From NCBI RefSeq assembly GCF_000142905.1, contig NW_013657676.1:1-64000 (forward strand): a stretch of DNA of 64,000 nucleotides, in the 5' to 3' direction. The translations under genes were made by a program, and so were the position numbers. Shown in pieces: positions 22,901 to 34,900 of the stretch; positions within the stretch are counted from its first letter, which is position 1; every line of letters starts with the position of its first letter. Source of the DNA: Thecamonas trahens ATCC 50062. Its lineage: Eukaryota; Protista; Apusomonadida. Under the pieces are notes generated by a model. That model did not search any database. It was not told where the DNA came from and was given only the letters and a program-made list of their open reading frames with translations.

Positions 22901-25900
22901 NNNNNNNNNNNNNNNNNNNNNNNNNNNNNNNNNNNNNNNNNNNNNNNNNNNNNNNNNNNNNNNNNNNNNNNNNNNNNNNNNNNNNNNNNNNNNNNNNNNN
23001 NNNNNNNNNNNNNNNNNNNNNNNNNNNNNNNNNNNNNNNNNNNNNNNNNNNNNNNNNNNNNNNNNNNNNNNNNNNNNNNNNNNNNNNNNNNNNNNNNNNN
23101 NNNNNNNNNNNNNNNNNNNNNNNNNNNNNNNNNNNNNNNNNNNNNNNNNNNNNNNNNNNNNNNNNNNNNNNNNNNNNNNNNNNNNNNNNNNNNNNNNNNN
23201 NNNNNNNNNNNNNNNNNNNNNNNNNNNNNNNNNNNNNNNNNNNNNNNNNNNNNNNNNNNTACCTGCGTAGTCACCGACAGTGTCCACGGCCACAGGACCG
23301 GATCCGGCCCCGCGAGTGTGTGTCCAGAAGGTATGGCGTTGCACCGTCCACGTACGCAAACGCAAAGTCGCCGTTTGCCATCGACGTCGACGACGGTACA
23401 AAGCCCATGCCGACCCAGCCCGTGCTCGACGGCACAGACATACCCAGTGTGATTGTCGTGTCAGTACCGGTGATCGGTTGCCAGTACACCCGCATGCCCT
23501 GGCTCCCGACCTCCATGCACGACATGCTGCTAAAGTTGGGCTAAAGTTCGGCGTCGGGGCCGGCGTTGGTGCGGGGGTGGGCGCAGGAGTAGGCACAGGA
23601 GTAGGCGCAGGAGTAGGCGCAGGAGTAGGCGGAGGCGTGGGCTCTCCACCCGTCGTGCCGCCGCTCGTCCCGCCACTCGTTCCGCCACTCGTTCCGCCGC
23701 TGCACGACATCACAGCAGTAAAGTCGATCATCTCTGTTCCCCGCGCCGTGTGGTAGTCGCTACCGGTCGGCGGGTTCGACGGCGTCGCTGCAGAGTTAAA
23801 CGCCCACGCAACCAGATTCGGGCCGGCCACAATGTCGCGGTCCTGGCTATCGCCGGTCACAAGCGCACGTGTAAACTGCGCCTGCAGCACACCGCCAAAA
23901 TTCATCACTGTCGTACCTGTGTAGTCACCGACAGTGTCCACGGCCACAGGACCGGATCCGGCCCCGCGGTGTGTGTCCAGAAGGTATGGCGTTGCACCGT
24001 CCACGTACGCAAACGCAAAGTCGCCGTTTGCCATCGACGTCGACGACGGTACAAAGCCCATGCCGACCCAGCCCGTGCTCGACGGCACAGACATACCCAG
24101 TGTGATTGTCGTGTCAGCACCGGTGATCGGCTGCCAGTACACCCGCATGCCCTGGCTCCCGACCTCCATGCACGACATGCTGCTAAAGTTCGGCGTCGGG
24201 GCCGGCGTTGGTGCGGGGGTAGGCGCGGGCGTCGTGCCACCCGTTGTTCCTCCGCTTGTACCACCTGTCGTACTACCACCTGTCGCACTTCCACCAGTTG
24301 TACTGCCGCCAGTCGTTCCAGTTGTCGTGCCACCACTTCCTCCCGTACTCGTCGATGCAAATTCGTCGATGTCTGGTACATAGTCGACGTAATCGTCCAC
24401 AAAGTCGGACGGTGTGCCGCGCGTGTCCACAGACTTGCCTTGCACAGCATAACCACCACTCGTCGTAAACGAGCTCCACTCGGATGCTTGCATCATAAAC
24501 TCAGTGTTGTTGCCCGACGCCGCGTACGCGTACGACCCGGCATCCATCGGTCGCCATACCCATGCGCTGCTCTTGTCCTGGCGGTCATACACATACCCAA
24601 TCCCGTTGAGCATCATTGCCACCGCATACTTTCCAGGCAGGTACTCGTAGCCCCAGTTGGTCGAGTTGGGCTGGATGAAAAACGCAAGATCGCCGTCCGT
24701 CGACCCGACAGGCCCGCGCATCTCGCCAAATCCATGCACCACCTCGTCGGTGCTGCTGTACCGCAGCATGACAAAGTCGTCGCCGGCCCGAAGATCGTGC
24801 TTGTACGGCTGCGCATCCGCGGCAGACAGTCCGTCGTTCGTGCCGTCGACCACGTACGTGTGGTTGCGCATCATCCAGTCCCACACCTCGCCGTCCACAA
24901 GCACGTTGCCTGCCACAAACGGTGGAGGCGGCGGAGGGGGCGGAGGCGTCGTACCACTCGTCGTGCTACCACCAGTCGTACTGCCACCAGTCGTACTACC
25001 ACCAGTCGTACTGCTGCCAGTCGTGCCACCACTGCCACCTGTGCTCGTCGACGCAAACTCGCCGATGTCTGGCACATAGTCCACGTAGTCATCCACAAAG
25101 TCCGATGGCGTTCCACGCGTGTCCACAGACTTGCCGTTCACCAGCAGATCGCCACTCGTCGTAAACGTGCTCCACTCTGAAGCTTGCATCATAAACTCGG
25201 CATTGTTGCCCGACGCCGCGTACGCGTACGACCCGGCATCCATCGGCCGCCACGCCCATACACTGCTCTTGTCCTGGCGATCGTAGACATACCCAATCCC
25301 GTTGAGCATCATTGCCACCGCAAACTTGCCCGGCAGAAACTCGTAGCCCCAGTTGGTACTCACAGACGGCTCGATGAAGAACGCAAGGTCGCCGTCGGTC
25401 GACCCGACAGGCCCGCGCATCTCGCCCAGCGCCTCGACCTTGCTTCCGTCGCTGTCAAACCTCAGCAGGACAAAATCGTCGCCTGCCCGCAGATCGTGCT
25501 TGTACGGCTGTGCGTCTGCAGCAGAGAGTCCGTCGTTCGTCCCGTCGTTGACAAGTGTGTGGCTCTTGGCCAGCCAGTCCCAGTCCTCGCCATCCACAAG
25601 CACCGAGCCAGCCACATAGGGCGGTGGTGGGCTCGGCGGTGGGCTCGGTGGTGGCGGGCTCGGCGGTGGCGGCGGGCTTGGCGGTGGTGGCGGCGGGCTC
25701 GGCGGTGGTGACGGACTCGGTGGCGGTCTCGGCGGCGGCGGCGGACTCTGCGTCGCAAACTCGCCGATGTCAGGCACATAGTCGACATAATCGTCCACAA
25801 AGTCGGACGGTGTCCCGCGCGTGTCCACAGACTTGCCATGTACCAGAAGATCGCCGCTCGTCGTAAACGAGCTCCACTCGGACGTCTTCATCGTAAACTC

Positions 25901-27166
25901 GGCGTTGTTGCCCGACGTCGCATAGCCAAAGCTTCCAGCCGACATCGGCCGCCACGCCCATGCATTGCTCTTGTCCTGGCGATCGTAGACATACCCAATC
26001 CCGTTGAGCATCATCGCCACCGCAAACTTGCCCGGCAGAAACTCGTAGCCCCAGTTGGTACTCACAGATGGCTCGATGAAGAACGCAAGGTCGCCGTCGG
26101 TCGACGCCACAGGTCCGCGCATCTCGCTCAGCGCCTGGACCTCGCCTGCGTCTGCAGCAAAGCGAAGGCGAACAAAGTCGTCGCCAGCCCTCAGCTCATT
26201 CTTGTACGGCTGTGCGTCTGCAGCAGAGAGTCCGTCGTTCGTTCCGTCGTTGACAAGTGTGTGGCTCTTGGCCTGCCAGTCCCAGTCCTCGCCGTCGAGC
26301 ACCACGTCGCCAGACTCGTACGGCGGCGGCGGGCTGGGTGGTGGTGATGGCGGAGGCGGGCTCGGCGGAGGAGGTGGCGATGGCGGCGCCGGAGGTGGCG
26401 ATGGCGGCGGAGGGTATGCAAACTCGCCAATGTCAGGTACATAGTCGACAACATCGTCGCTAAAGTCGGCGGTCCCCTTGGTGTCCGTCGACACGCCGTA
26501 CACCTCGTACTGGCCTGCGCCAATGGTAAACGTCGACCACGCCGCAATCGCCACCCGGAACTCAACCACTGTCGAGACCCAGGCATGTTCGTACTCGGAT
26601 CCGCTCGCAAGCGCCTTCCATGCCCACAGAGTGCCCGTCCCTGGTCCATCGTACACGTAGCCGATGCCGTTGAGCATCATAGCCACTGCAAAGACGCCCG
26701 TCCGGAACTCGTATCCGCGATCGGTCCCACCTGACGGCACAATAAAGTATGCCAGATCACCTGGTGCAGACTCACTCGATGGTCCCTTCATCGTTGTTGT
26801 TGCATAAACAGACGTCGTGTCCGACGCGTACCGTAGCTGAAGAAAGTCGTCGCCCCCCGCAAGCGGGTGCTTGTAGGGCGCTGGATCCGCGTTGCGGAGG
26901 CCGTCGTTGAACCCATCATCTCTACTTGTGTGCGGCACAGATCCCCACTCGGAGCTGGAGCCGTCAATCACAATGGCAAGCTCGTCGGCGGCAAGCCTAG
27001 CTGCATCTTCGCCTCTCCCGCTGTCGCCCGCTCGCTTGTTCTCTGCCTGCGCGCGTACTGCCCCATCATCCGAGGCGACATCGCCGAGAACGCCTAGGCA
27101 CATCATCGCCAAGCAAACAAGAACAAGTACCGTAACAATACCCTTGTACTGCACTGCTGGCCCCAT
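16908..27166 (-). CDS. Giant type-I membrane protein: signal peptide, 4 copies of an unrecognised ~175-aa domain, >=5 DOMON domains, 2 CUB domains, 2 diverged copies of the first domain, TM helix, Ser/Arg-rich tail; interrupted by an assembly gap
   Basis: ORFs 21971-27166 and 16908-22424. Signal peptide (IVTVLVLVCLAMMCLGVLG); DOMON (WVGMGF..SMANGD..FTRAL..AWAF..DYH); CUB (YSSNLDCSW..FNTE..HDFL..FTSD...GF); TM (IWGLLLFLLSLLCCCCLLLLLLLLCL); Pro/Thr linkers. Frame breaks cluster at the gap edges. Confidence 0.75.
22497..23259. other. Assembly gap (763 N) inside the DOMON tandem array
   Basis: Run of N; both flanks are near-identical DOMON repeat sequence. Confidence 1.
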
Positions 27167-27714
27167 CTTTGATCTTTGTGGTTACCGTTCGACGTTGGGT
27201 GTACCAGCTCGCGTCAACAGCCGCCGAAATGGCACCAAAGCCGAACAAATCCAAAATCATGCCCAGCCGATCGATCCAGCCCATTCTCTCCCGCACCTGC
27301 TGCCCACCTGCTCCTGCCCTACCAAACGCGACATGGGGCATATCTCCATCGGCGATCAAGACGCGCTTGGCAGATAGTCTGGCCGTCTAAACTACCAGCC
27401 AGTCTCCTTCTCATCGCTTGCCATCGCGCTGTTGCGCCCCGCATCGTTGCGCCCCGTGCTGCCGCCTGACGCTGGCCGGGGCGAAACGAAATGGTGGTGC
27501 GGCACAGGAAAACTGCACATTTCAATTGCCGGGACACTCCCACTAACCCGCACCGTCCCATGCTGCCATCACACGTTGTGGTTCCATAGCCCCGCAACGC
27601 AGACCCACTGTCTCGGGCCAGCACCTAGCTCTCGTCGTAAAGGTAAGCCCGCTGTATCCGCTGGTCCTGTTCGGCAAACGGCAGGAACAACAGAAACAAC
27701 AAGCAGGCTTCTTG

Positions 27715-28323
27715 TCACCTCATCTCGGGCGTGCCGACGGCGACCGCGCCTCTGTCCGGGAACAGCTTGATCTGGGTAAGATAATTGCGTCGGAACGCAT
27801 CAGGGTGCTTTGGCACAATGACCCCGGTCCGTGACGGTTTGACCAGTGCAAGCTCCTGTAGAGACTGGTAGGACGGATCCAGCCGGAGCGAACCGTCAAA
27901 CTGGCGCAACTCACGCTGCTGCGCCCGCGCGTACGCCGCGTACGCCGCGTCGCCGTCCCCATCGCCTGAACCGGGCAGCGGCGCTACAGATCCTGTTTCA
28001 AACGACCTGATAGCCACAATCGACTCGAGTTCGACTTTGTCTGCCACCAGCGCCTCGCCCATCGCCTGCACCGACGGAAGCGACAACGAGCTGATCAATC
28101 CGGCCATGCTGCTACTGCAGCAGCTACTGCTGCTGCTGCTCCTGTCAGCGCTCGACTCATTCCATATCTCATCCTCCTCCCCGCACTCATCCGCCGACGT
28201 CTCGTTCCCAGTGGTGCCAAAGGCAAAATCGTTCGCAGCGTCGGTCTCGTTGCTACAAGGCAGCGCCTTGTGGGCAACCGAGACGTACCGCACAAACCGC
28301 TTGAGCGAGGCTTGGATGAGCAT
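27715..28323 (-). CDS. Hypothetical protein
   Basis: 202-aa ATG-initiated ORF, divergent from CEP162; no motif recognised. Confidence 0.45.
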   Translation of the reverse strand: MLIQASLKRFVRYVSVAHKALPCSNETDAANDFAFGTTGNETSADECGEEDEIWNESSADRSSSSSSCCSSSMAGLISSLSLPSVQAMGEALVADKVELESIVAIRSFETGSVAPLPGSGDGDGDAAYAAYARAQQRELRQFDGSLRLDPSYQSLQELALVKPSRTGVIVPKHPDAFRRNYLTQIKLFPDRGAVAVGTPEMR

Positions 28324-28587
28324 GTGCAGCAGGAGTCACGAAAAGCAAACAATGCACACACGCGCGCGCACGCGCGACACAGCAAACACACTATGTCCCC
28401 CCCCCCCCCCTTCCCCTCCCCCCTTCCCCTCTCTCCCTCATCAGGCAGTCGCAAACAGAGAGTCACTCGCGCCAAAATGACTTGCATTTTTGGCGCGCAA
28501 AACCAGCGCCACTTCACCACCACCACCACACCACCACCACCGCTACCACCACCACCACCCCCGCCTACATAGGGGGGAAGTCTCACC

Positions 28588-31500
28588 ATGGACATCTCTG
28601 CTCTCTCCTCCTCGGCTTCTTCCATTCCAGACGACTTTGAAGCTTTCCTTGATGCTTCCATCTCAGACTCGGAGCCTGACATGGACCTTGGCGCTGGTCC
28701 TGGCGCTGGTCACGCCGCCAATGGTGGCACTGCCAAGCCGCGATATGCGTGGGAAGCCATGGCGCCTGCCTTTGCTGAGAAGAGCTCGTCCGTCACCACC
28801 ACTCGCCCTACCTCCTCTGCTCGTCCCGTCACCGCATCGACGACTACTCGCTCATCATGGATGACTCAGCGCTCAGCCTCCCGTCCCGCCACCGCCGCGC
28901 CTGCGCAAAGTGCGTCAAAGTGGCTTAAGCCGACTGTGGTCGATGCCCGGCCCCGCGAGCTGTGCCGACGTCAGCCAAGGCCTCGTCATCGGCTTCTGCC
29001 TCGCCATCGCCAGCTTCATCGGTCGCCTCTTCGGTAGCGTCGTGCTCGCTGAACCTATCGCTTTCCATGGACGACGACACGCTTGGCGCCCAACGGTTGC
29101 AGCACCCTACGCCTGCTGAAGTCCCGGTTCTACCTACGCCTGCTGCTGATCTTCCGCCGCCGACCCCGGCGCATGCCGTGAGGTGGTCAGGTGATCGCGA
29201 CGGCTCGTCGGTCTCGCCCGAAGTCTCGCTCATTGCCGCTGGTCCCTTTGACGAGCTCGTCCGCGCCGACGCAGGCGCGCCTGCAGCCCATGAGGCATCC
29301 GCCTCGCCGCACGGTTCGTACTCCTCGCGGTCGCGATCCCGCTCCCGCTCCACCCCACTCTCCGACAAGCTCGAGGAGCTCGCTGCGCTTCGTCTCAGTG
29401 ACGCCGACGACTCGGCAGCCAAGGCAGAGTTCTTTGCTCGCAAAGAACGTGAGGGCCCTGTCAACTACGGCGAGCTCCTTGCCGAAGCCTCGGCCTCTGA
29501 CGACGACTCTGACGCCGGCTCAGTCTCGGGCCTCACCGTCCCGCTTCAGCCGACCCTCTCGGCGACGCCGACTCGCGCCCCAGCGCCGGCTGCGGCCTCG
29601 TTCCGGGAGCCGTCCGCTGAGCTCTCCAACCAGCGCGCCACTGCAGAGCTCCGCGCAGAGCTCACCCGTTTGTATGCCCAGCTTGCAGAGGCCCAGGATG
29701 CCACCGTCCAGGCCAAGGCAGCCCTCGCCCGCCACAAGCGCGAGGCTGAGCGTGCCGCCCGCATCGCCCACGACAAGGCCGACGCCACCATTAAGGGCCT
29801 TCGTGCAGAGGTCGATGAGCTCCGCACAAAGCTCGCTGCCCCTGGTCGTGGCTCTACCCTCCGGGCCACCGCTCTCCGCGACGGCGCCCCGGCCTCGCCA
29901 CGCTCTCGCCCGACGAGCTCTCTCGGCTTGCCGCAGACGTCAAGGAGCAGGAGGCTCTCATCCAGGGCTTCCAGCGCGAGAACGAAAAGCTCTGTGCAGA
30001 AATCAAGGAGCTCAAGACCGCCACCGCCTCGCCCGCAGCTGCATCCCCCGACGCCGCCCCGGCTCGCCGCACACCTGCCCCGGCTTCGCCCTCTGTGCTT
30101 TCCTCGCCCGCACCTTCTCAAGACCCCAACCCTGAGCTTGTCGCCGAGCTCGAGGCGGCTCGCACTCGCGAGCTGGAGCTCAAGTTTGAGCTCGACAAGA
30201 GCCGCAAGGAGAAGAAGGAGCTCGCTGCCCGCGTCGCCGGCATTAACCTCGACACTTACGAGGCGACGCTTGCCGAGCTCGAGGCGCTCAAGGCCAAGGC
30301 TGCTCAGGAAGCCGACGACGCCGCTTCCCGTGTGGCATCGCTCACGTCCAAGCTCCGCTGGTATGAGGAGAACCAGGAGCTCATCGACGCATCCGACGCC
30401 GAGCTGGCCGACGCTCGTGCCACCATCGAGGCACTGCGCCTTCGACTGGCCGATGCCGGCATCAGCAGCCCTGACACCCACGACGATGCTGCCCGCAAGC
30501 GCGCCGCCGCAACCCGCGCTGCCGACAAGCGCCGCATCCGCGAGCTCGAAGCCCAGGTCGCCAACATGGACGAGGTCATCCGCAACCGCTTTCCTGACTC
30601 CATCCCCGAGCTCATTCGTGCTGCTGCTCCGTCGTCCGACGACAACGAGACCATCGCCTTTCTCAAGGGCGAGCTCGAGCGCGTCAACGCCGCCTTTGAC
30701 GCTGCCCAGGACAAGCACTCGCGTGAGCTCCGGGTCCTGCGCCAAAAGCATGAGAAGACCCGCGCGTTCTACGAGCGCGAGCTCGAGGCCGCCGCTGACG
30801 GCGCGCCTCGCCCGCGTCGCAACCCGCCGCCCACACGTGGCCGTGTAGCCGAGCTTGAGCGCACACTTGCCAACGTCCGCTCGCTCTACCAGCGCAAGCT
30901 TCGTGACGCAGACGCCAAAATTGCCCGCCTCGAGGCCCAGGCCTCGGCTCCGCCGCAGGCTGCATCCCGTCCGGCCTCTGGGCCGCCCGGCCGCGTCCGT
31001 GCCCTCCGCACCAAGATCCGGACCCTCGAACGCGAGCTCGCCGAAGCCCGCGCTGCCAATGCCCAACTCCGCGAGCTTGGTGACTCGGCTCCGGACCCGA
31101 TCGCACTCGACGAGCTCCGCGCCCGCAATCGCGAGCTCGCCGAAGATCTCGATGCTGCTCGCGCCGACGTCGACGATGCTCGCGCCGCCGCAAACGCTGC
31201 TGAGCACGCTCACGCCGCAGAACTCAACGCCATCACCACAGCGCACGATGCAGCCATGGATGCGCTCCTCTCCAAGCTCGACACCGCCGAGTGGAGCCGC
31301 CGGGCCAAGAACCAGCCGCCTGCCTCTCCGCCGCCGCCTCCCACCGCTCTGGAGAACAAGGAGAACGACCCAGTCCCGCCCACGCCGAAAGCTCAGCGTC
31401 AGCTCAAGTCACAGGTCGACCTGGTCCTCACCCGCCTCGAGGCTCTCGAGGCTGCTCACTTGGAGCCGAGCCCGGCCGTGCCAGCCCCGCCGCCTCCGGC

Positions 31501-31906
31501 CCCGGTGGCAGCCGACGAAGTCACCGCCGCCCTCGACATGTACCGCTCCAAGGTCTCGAACATGCAATCCAAGCTAGTCCTCGCCCACGCCCGCATCGCC
31601 GAGCTCGAAGAGGCCAACGCCGAGCTCCGCATCGAGGCCTCCAAGCTGCGCTCCTCGCCGGCGCTGACCAACATCGCCAAGCTCGCCCGCAAGATTGAGG
31701 ACATGGAAAAGCGGCACATGCTGCGCGAGCTCGAACTCGAGTCTATCATCGAAGACACCAAGACCTCATCCAAGCTCGACCTCGCCCTCGTCAAGAAAGA
31801 GCACGCCAACCAACTTGCCGCCAAGAACTCAGAAATCGCTATCTTCCAGAACGAGCTCGACTCGCTCCTCGGCACTGTCGACGTCCTCCGCGCCGCTCTG
31901 GTTTAG
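28588..31906 (+). CDS. CEP162: Centrosomal/ciliary transition-zone protein CEP162 (QN1/KIAA1009) homologue; two apparent 1-nt frameshifts
   Basis: KEQEALIQGFQRENEKL, KLRWYEENQELID, ADKRRIRELEAQV..MDEVIRNRFPDSIPELIRAA and KNSEIAIFQNELDSLL resemble the conserved CEP162 C-terminal blocks. The frame is restored by +1 C at 28946-28948 and 29887-29890. Confidence 0.75.
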
Positions 31907-31929
31907 CCGCCCGTCCATCAACCACTCGC

Positions 31930-34900
31930 TTACACAGACCGCTGCAGCTCGCACAGATCAAACTGCCGGTGCGGCCGCGGAAGGCTCCCGTCCGCCACCA
32001 CCCCAAACACATCGCAGTCCCACACCAGCCAGTACCAGCGCACCGCCGAACGTACAGGACAGAGCAGGCCGGGTGCTCGCCGCACGTTCGTCGTCTCGTC
32101 GTCCAGCTCGACTACTCGCGTCAGGCCATCGCGCGAAACACATCGCCCCGCCCATGGCGTGAGGTGTGTCACCACGCAAAGACCCTCCGCGCCATCGTCC
32201 ACCTCCCACACCACTCGAGCTGCCGGCTTGCTCCCCTCAAAAGCAACTGCCAAGAGCTGGGTCGGGTGCGCCAGTGCAACCAAGAGCTCGCCCGCGGCCG
32301 TCGCAACCATCGGGCCTATCTCGCTTCCGGTCGGCGCCCGCCAGTGATCCAAGAGAACCCATCCCGCCCCGGCCCGCAGCCACAAACCGACGACGCCGTC
32401 AAAGCTTGCGGTCGCCACCCGCGAGTCTGGAAGAATTGCCAAGGCATGGATTGGTGACGAGTGCAAAACAAGCGACTCGGCCTCGTATGCCACCTCGGAC
32501 AGCTCCACCTCGTGGAGAACGCCCGAGGCTCGCCCAACTAGAACCCGCTCGCCAGGCAGGACTGCCATCGATGTCACTGCATCGCCGGCGTGGATGCAGC
32601 CAAACGCCGGATCATGGCCATCTAGCCGCGCTGTACCGACCGCTCCGCCGCTCGTACCCAGCACCAGCACATCGTCCGAGAGCCACTCGACGGCGCACAC
32701 GTCCCGGCACACAACACGAGTCCAGATAGGAATCTGGATTCCGTACCCGTCGTCGTCCTCCCGGATGGTGGCAACCCAAACACCCGGATGGGCAAGCCAC
32801 GCCAGCCGGTCGCCACTCGGGTTGATCGCCGCGTCAGCCACCATCGACACGTCCATGCCAGAGTCGCCGAAGAACACAGCCCGCGACGCTGGCTGCACGC
32901 CGTAGTCGAGCACGCGACCGCTCATCCGGAGACTTGACGACATCCGCAAAAGCAGCATCCGCAAGTCAGCATCGCCATCGACATCGAATGCATTGTCCGC
33001 CACCGTGACCGACACCAGTCGCGACTGGTCGTCGGCCGACGCAAAAGCATTGACTAGCGCGAGGACGCCAACGGCAGTCAGCTCGTTTCCCGCCACCGAA
33101 ACATCAGTTACATGCGGCGCTCGCTTGTCGAGCAGCACGCGTGCCAGTGCCACTCCAAACTCATCGTGCAGCCCGGCTTTGGAAAAGTCGGCCCGGCAGA
33201 TAGCCAGCGTCGACGCTGTCACGAACCTCGGAGTCGGCTCGGGCCGGACCAAAGCATCCAGAGCAATGCGGATCTGCGGCCGGACTGCCTGTCGCACAAG
33301 ACTCGGCGATCCGGCGGTCACCTCGTAGTACGTCCCGCACAGATCCATGTCGGACGAGAGCTGAAGCCAGGCGAGATGAGGCGCGGCCGCCTCCAGCGCA
33401 GCCACGTCGCCGCCGCCGAGCAGGGTGCAGCCGGCAAGGTTGACCCGGGCCAGAGCCCAGTTCCGTCGCTTGCTTGTCATCCACAACAGCGAGTCGAGCG
33501 CAGTGCAGCCCGAGACATCGAGGTCGACAAGCGAACCTCGTGATGCCGCCATGATCGTTGACAGTCGGGTGCTTGTGACCGCCGTGCAGCCCGAGAGTAC
33601 CAGCCGCCGCAGGCGGAGCTGCGGAAGCACGTTTAGCAGCGAGACTTGGACCTCAAGCTGTGCCGATGCCCATGGAAAGTGCTCCAGAAATGTCTCGATC
33701 CAGGCATCAACCTTGAGAGCTGCCAGCGCCCGAAGCCGGGCGTCGGGTGTGTCAGTCTCGTCGTCCGCCTGCGCTGATGACGTCGAGGTCATTGACGACC
33801 AAATCTGGGCGAGCGATGCGGTCGAGGCGGAGACACTCGGGGTAGTAGGCTCGCTGAGCGATTTGGCTACTTTGCGGAAGACCTTGAGGGGAGTGTGTCC
33901 GCGCTCGGAAGCAATTCGCGCCCGGTACCGGTCGACTAGCCGGGCGTCGATGGCACCGGCGAGATCCCCGAGCGCGAGCGTCCCCACATCGCGCGACGCT
34001 GCCACCGTCTTGGCGGCATAGAGCCTGTTGAGAAGGACAGAGAGGTACGCAGGGCGAACAAGATCGTCGTTGTCTCTGCATGCTGCGCTCATCCACGCCT
34101 CGACCACTGCTCGCGGCGCCAGGGCTGCAAGTCGAGCGTGGACTGCCTGCGGAACGGTGCTCTCCAGCACCGCACGCGAGGCGAGCAAGATTGACGCCAG
34201 CGATGCCGACGAGTTGAAGGGTGCAGGCTCGGGGCCGCCCACGTAAAGTAAGCCCGACTCGTCGATTTCGTACGCGTCCGGCCCGCAGTGTGCGAGACCG
34301 GCAAAGAGCGAGAGAAGCACGGCGTGTGCAACGTGCGGCAAGTTGGTCACCCGCTCGAGCACAGTACTCGAGGTCGCCGTCAGCGCCTCGGTCAGTGGCA
34401 CCGCCGAGGCCCGCCGCAGCCGGAGCCGATACTCTTGGAGTTGGCCGCGGATGACAATGTAAACCGACGTAGCCGCAGGTGATGATCCGGCAAATGCAAT
34501 GTCCGAGATTCGCCCAGTAGGCGGGCCGAGTGCGAGTGCGCCGAGTGCGTGGATGGCGTGGTACGTTCGGGTGGCGAGCGGCGAGACCGCAGGTTCGAGA
34601 ACTGCCTCCAGCTGCGCGTTTCGCCAAAAGATCGACGCGCGGGGGAGAGCAAAGACAGCAGCCGGGGTAGCATCCAATGCAGCCACGGCCTCCGGACTCA
34701 GCAACCGCACACTCTGTGGCTCGATGCCGGCAAAGCATGCGCCGTCGCCAAGCCCACTGGCGACGGCGGCGCGCTGGCCCTCAAACTCAGGGTCGTCCCG
34801 GACTGCAGGCGAGACCCGCACCGCCGAAAATGAGTCCAGCGCAAGTCGGAGCAGTGCCTCTTCGTGAAGCAGCGGGTTGCCTAGCGCGTCCTTAGCGGCC

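Noticed and set aside
22260-23560. Frame disruptions and a 10-nt duplication next to the gap as pseudogenisation
   Set aside because: Confined to contig ends within near-identical repeats; best explained as low-quality assembly.
21159-25180. Long antisense or alternative-frame ORFs (e.g. 21159-22475, 23750-25180; also 29546-31246, 58482-60761)
   Set aside because: Shadow ORFs expected from high GC3 and repetitive coding sequence; no motifs.
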